Shown here: one piece after another, positions 63,519-64,000 of the stretch
Layout: each line of letters begins with the position of its first letter
How positions within the stretch are numbered: position 1 is the stretch's first letter
Origin: a virus
Taxonomy: Duplodnaviria; Caudoviricetes
Length of the DNA: 64,000 nucleotides
Strand: one strand, 5' to 3'
IMG/VR virus record: IMGVR_UViG_3300037400_003843
Coordinates: 9,671-73,670 of that record
Position numbers and translations under genes: made by a program
The notes under the pieces: generated by a model
What the model was told of the DNA's origin: nothing
Databases searched by the model: none
Seen by the model: the letters and a program-made list of their open reading frames with translations, nothing else

Positions 63519-63786
63519 ACTTCTATCTGAGATTCTCGGATTTTACAAGTACAAGGTTGACAATAATCTTTGTACTATGGACGAAATGAATGGCGCGATC
63601 AAGGCGCTCGAAAACAATATGGAAATTCACGGAACGATTTCCGACTTTGCGAAGTTCTACGGTGTGTCGGAATCGAATGTCAGAGCGTCGATAGCAAGAA
63701 AAATGTTCGCAAAACCGAAACGAGTTCTGCTATATCCATTTCACAAATTCATACAGATTATTCCGGAAAGTTGGAGGAAGAAATAA
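63505..63786 (+). CDS. Putative helix-turn-helix regulator
   Basis: TISDFAKFYGVSESNVRASI is HTH-like. Confidence 0.6.
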   Translation: MDANKLLSEILGFYKYKVDNNLCTMDEMNGAIKALENNMEIHGTISDFAKFYGVSESNVRASIARKMFAKPKRVLLYPFHKFIQIIPESWRKK

Positions 63787-63929
63787 ACGCTACAACTAAC
63801 CTATTCATATTCTGCCATATATCTCTATTTTGAAGCGACCTTCTTTGAGGGCCGCTTTTTCGTGAACTTTGCAGTGTGGTTAAGACGCGTCACCACGAAC
63901 ACAAGTTTAACATGAAATTCTAACCTATT

Positions 63930-64000
63930 ATGGCAGACGAAAAAACTATAATCATGCCCGAAGGCCAGAACAACGGCTGGGGCAACATTCCTGCCGTCCT
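63930..64000 (+). CDS. Start of a gene running off the window
   Basis: MADEKTIIMPEGQNNGWGNIPAV after an A-rich leader. Confidence 0.5.
   Translation, partial: MADEKTIIMPEGQNNGWGNIPAV

Overview
Most of a tailed (siphovirus-like) dsDNA phage or prophage of a Bacteroidales host. The host is inferred from TAnnTTTG sigma-A promoters, a DUF3127-type SSB, and Bacteroidetes-type primase and tail genes. The standard genetic code is used. No integrase, repressor, reverse transcriptase or CRISPR array is visible. Transcription is divergent. A leftward arm (12.3 kb to 1) carries small early genes, a RadC-ComM-SSB trio, a Gp88-like protein and an odd GC-rich Ala/Lys gene. A 0.9-kb non-coding control region (12.3-13.2 kb) holds 12 TGTAGTT repeats. 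The rightward arm carries a MazG-like gene, a tRNA/ncRNA cluster, replication and recombination genes, two DNA methyltransferases, terminase, head, tail, lysis and fibre genes. Top finding: four homing-endonuclease-like genes of two different architectures each have their own promoter followed by the same ~80-nt RNA fold. The fold is two hairpins whose 7-nt loops are perfectly complementary (kissing loop), plus an AGUA/GAA bulged-G motif and a U-tract. The loop sequence differs in every copy, giving complete covariation. I do not recognise it as a named RNA family. Other leads: in-frame poly-G tracts in both methyltransferases (phase variation), four tRNA genes that all have unusual anticodon loops, a ComM with altered ATPase motifs, and a segment with no GATC or TCGA next to the likely genome end. 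All counts and alignments were done by eye; no database searches were run.
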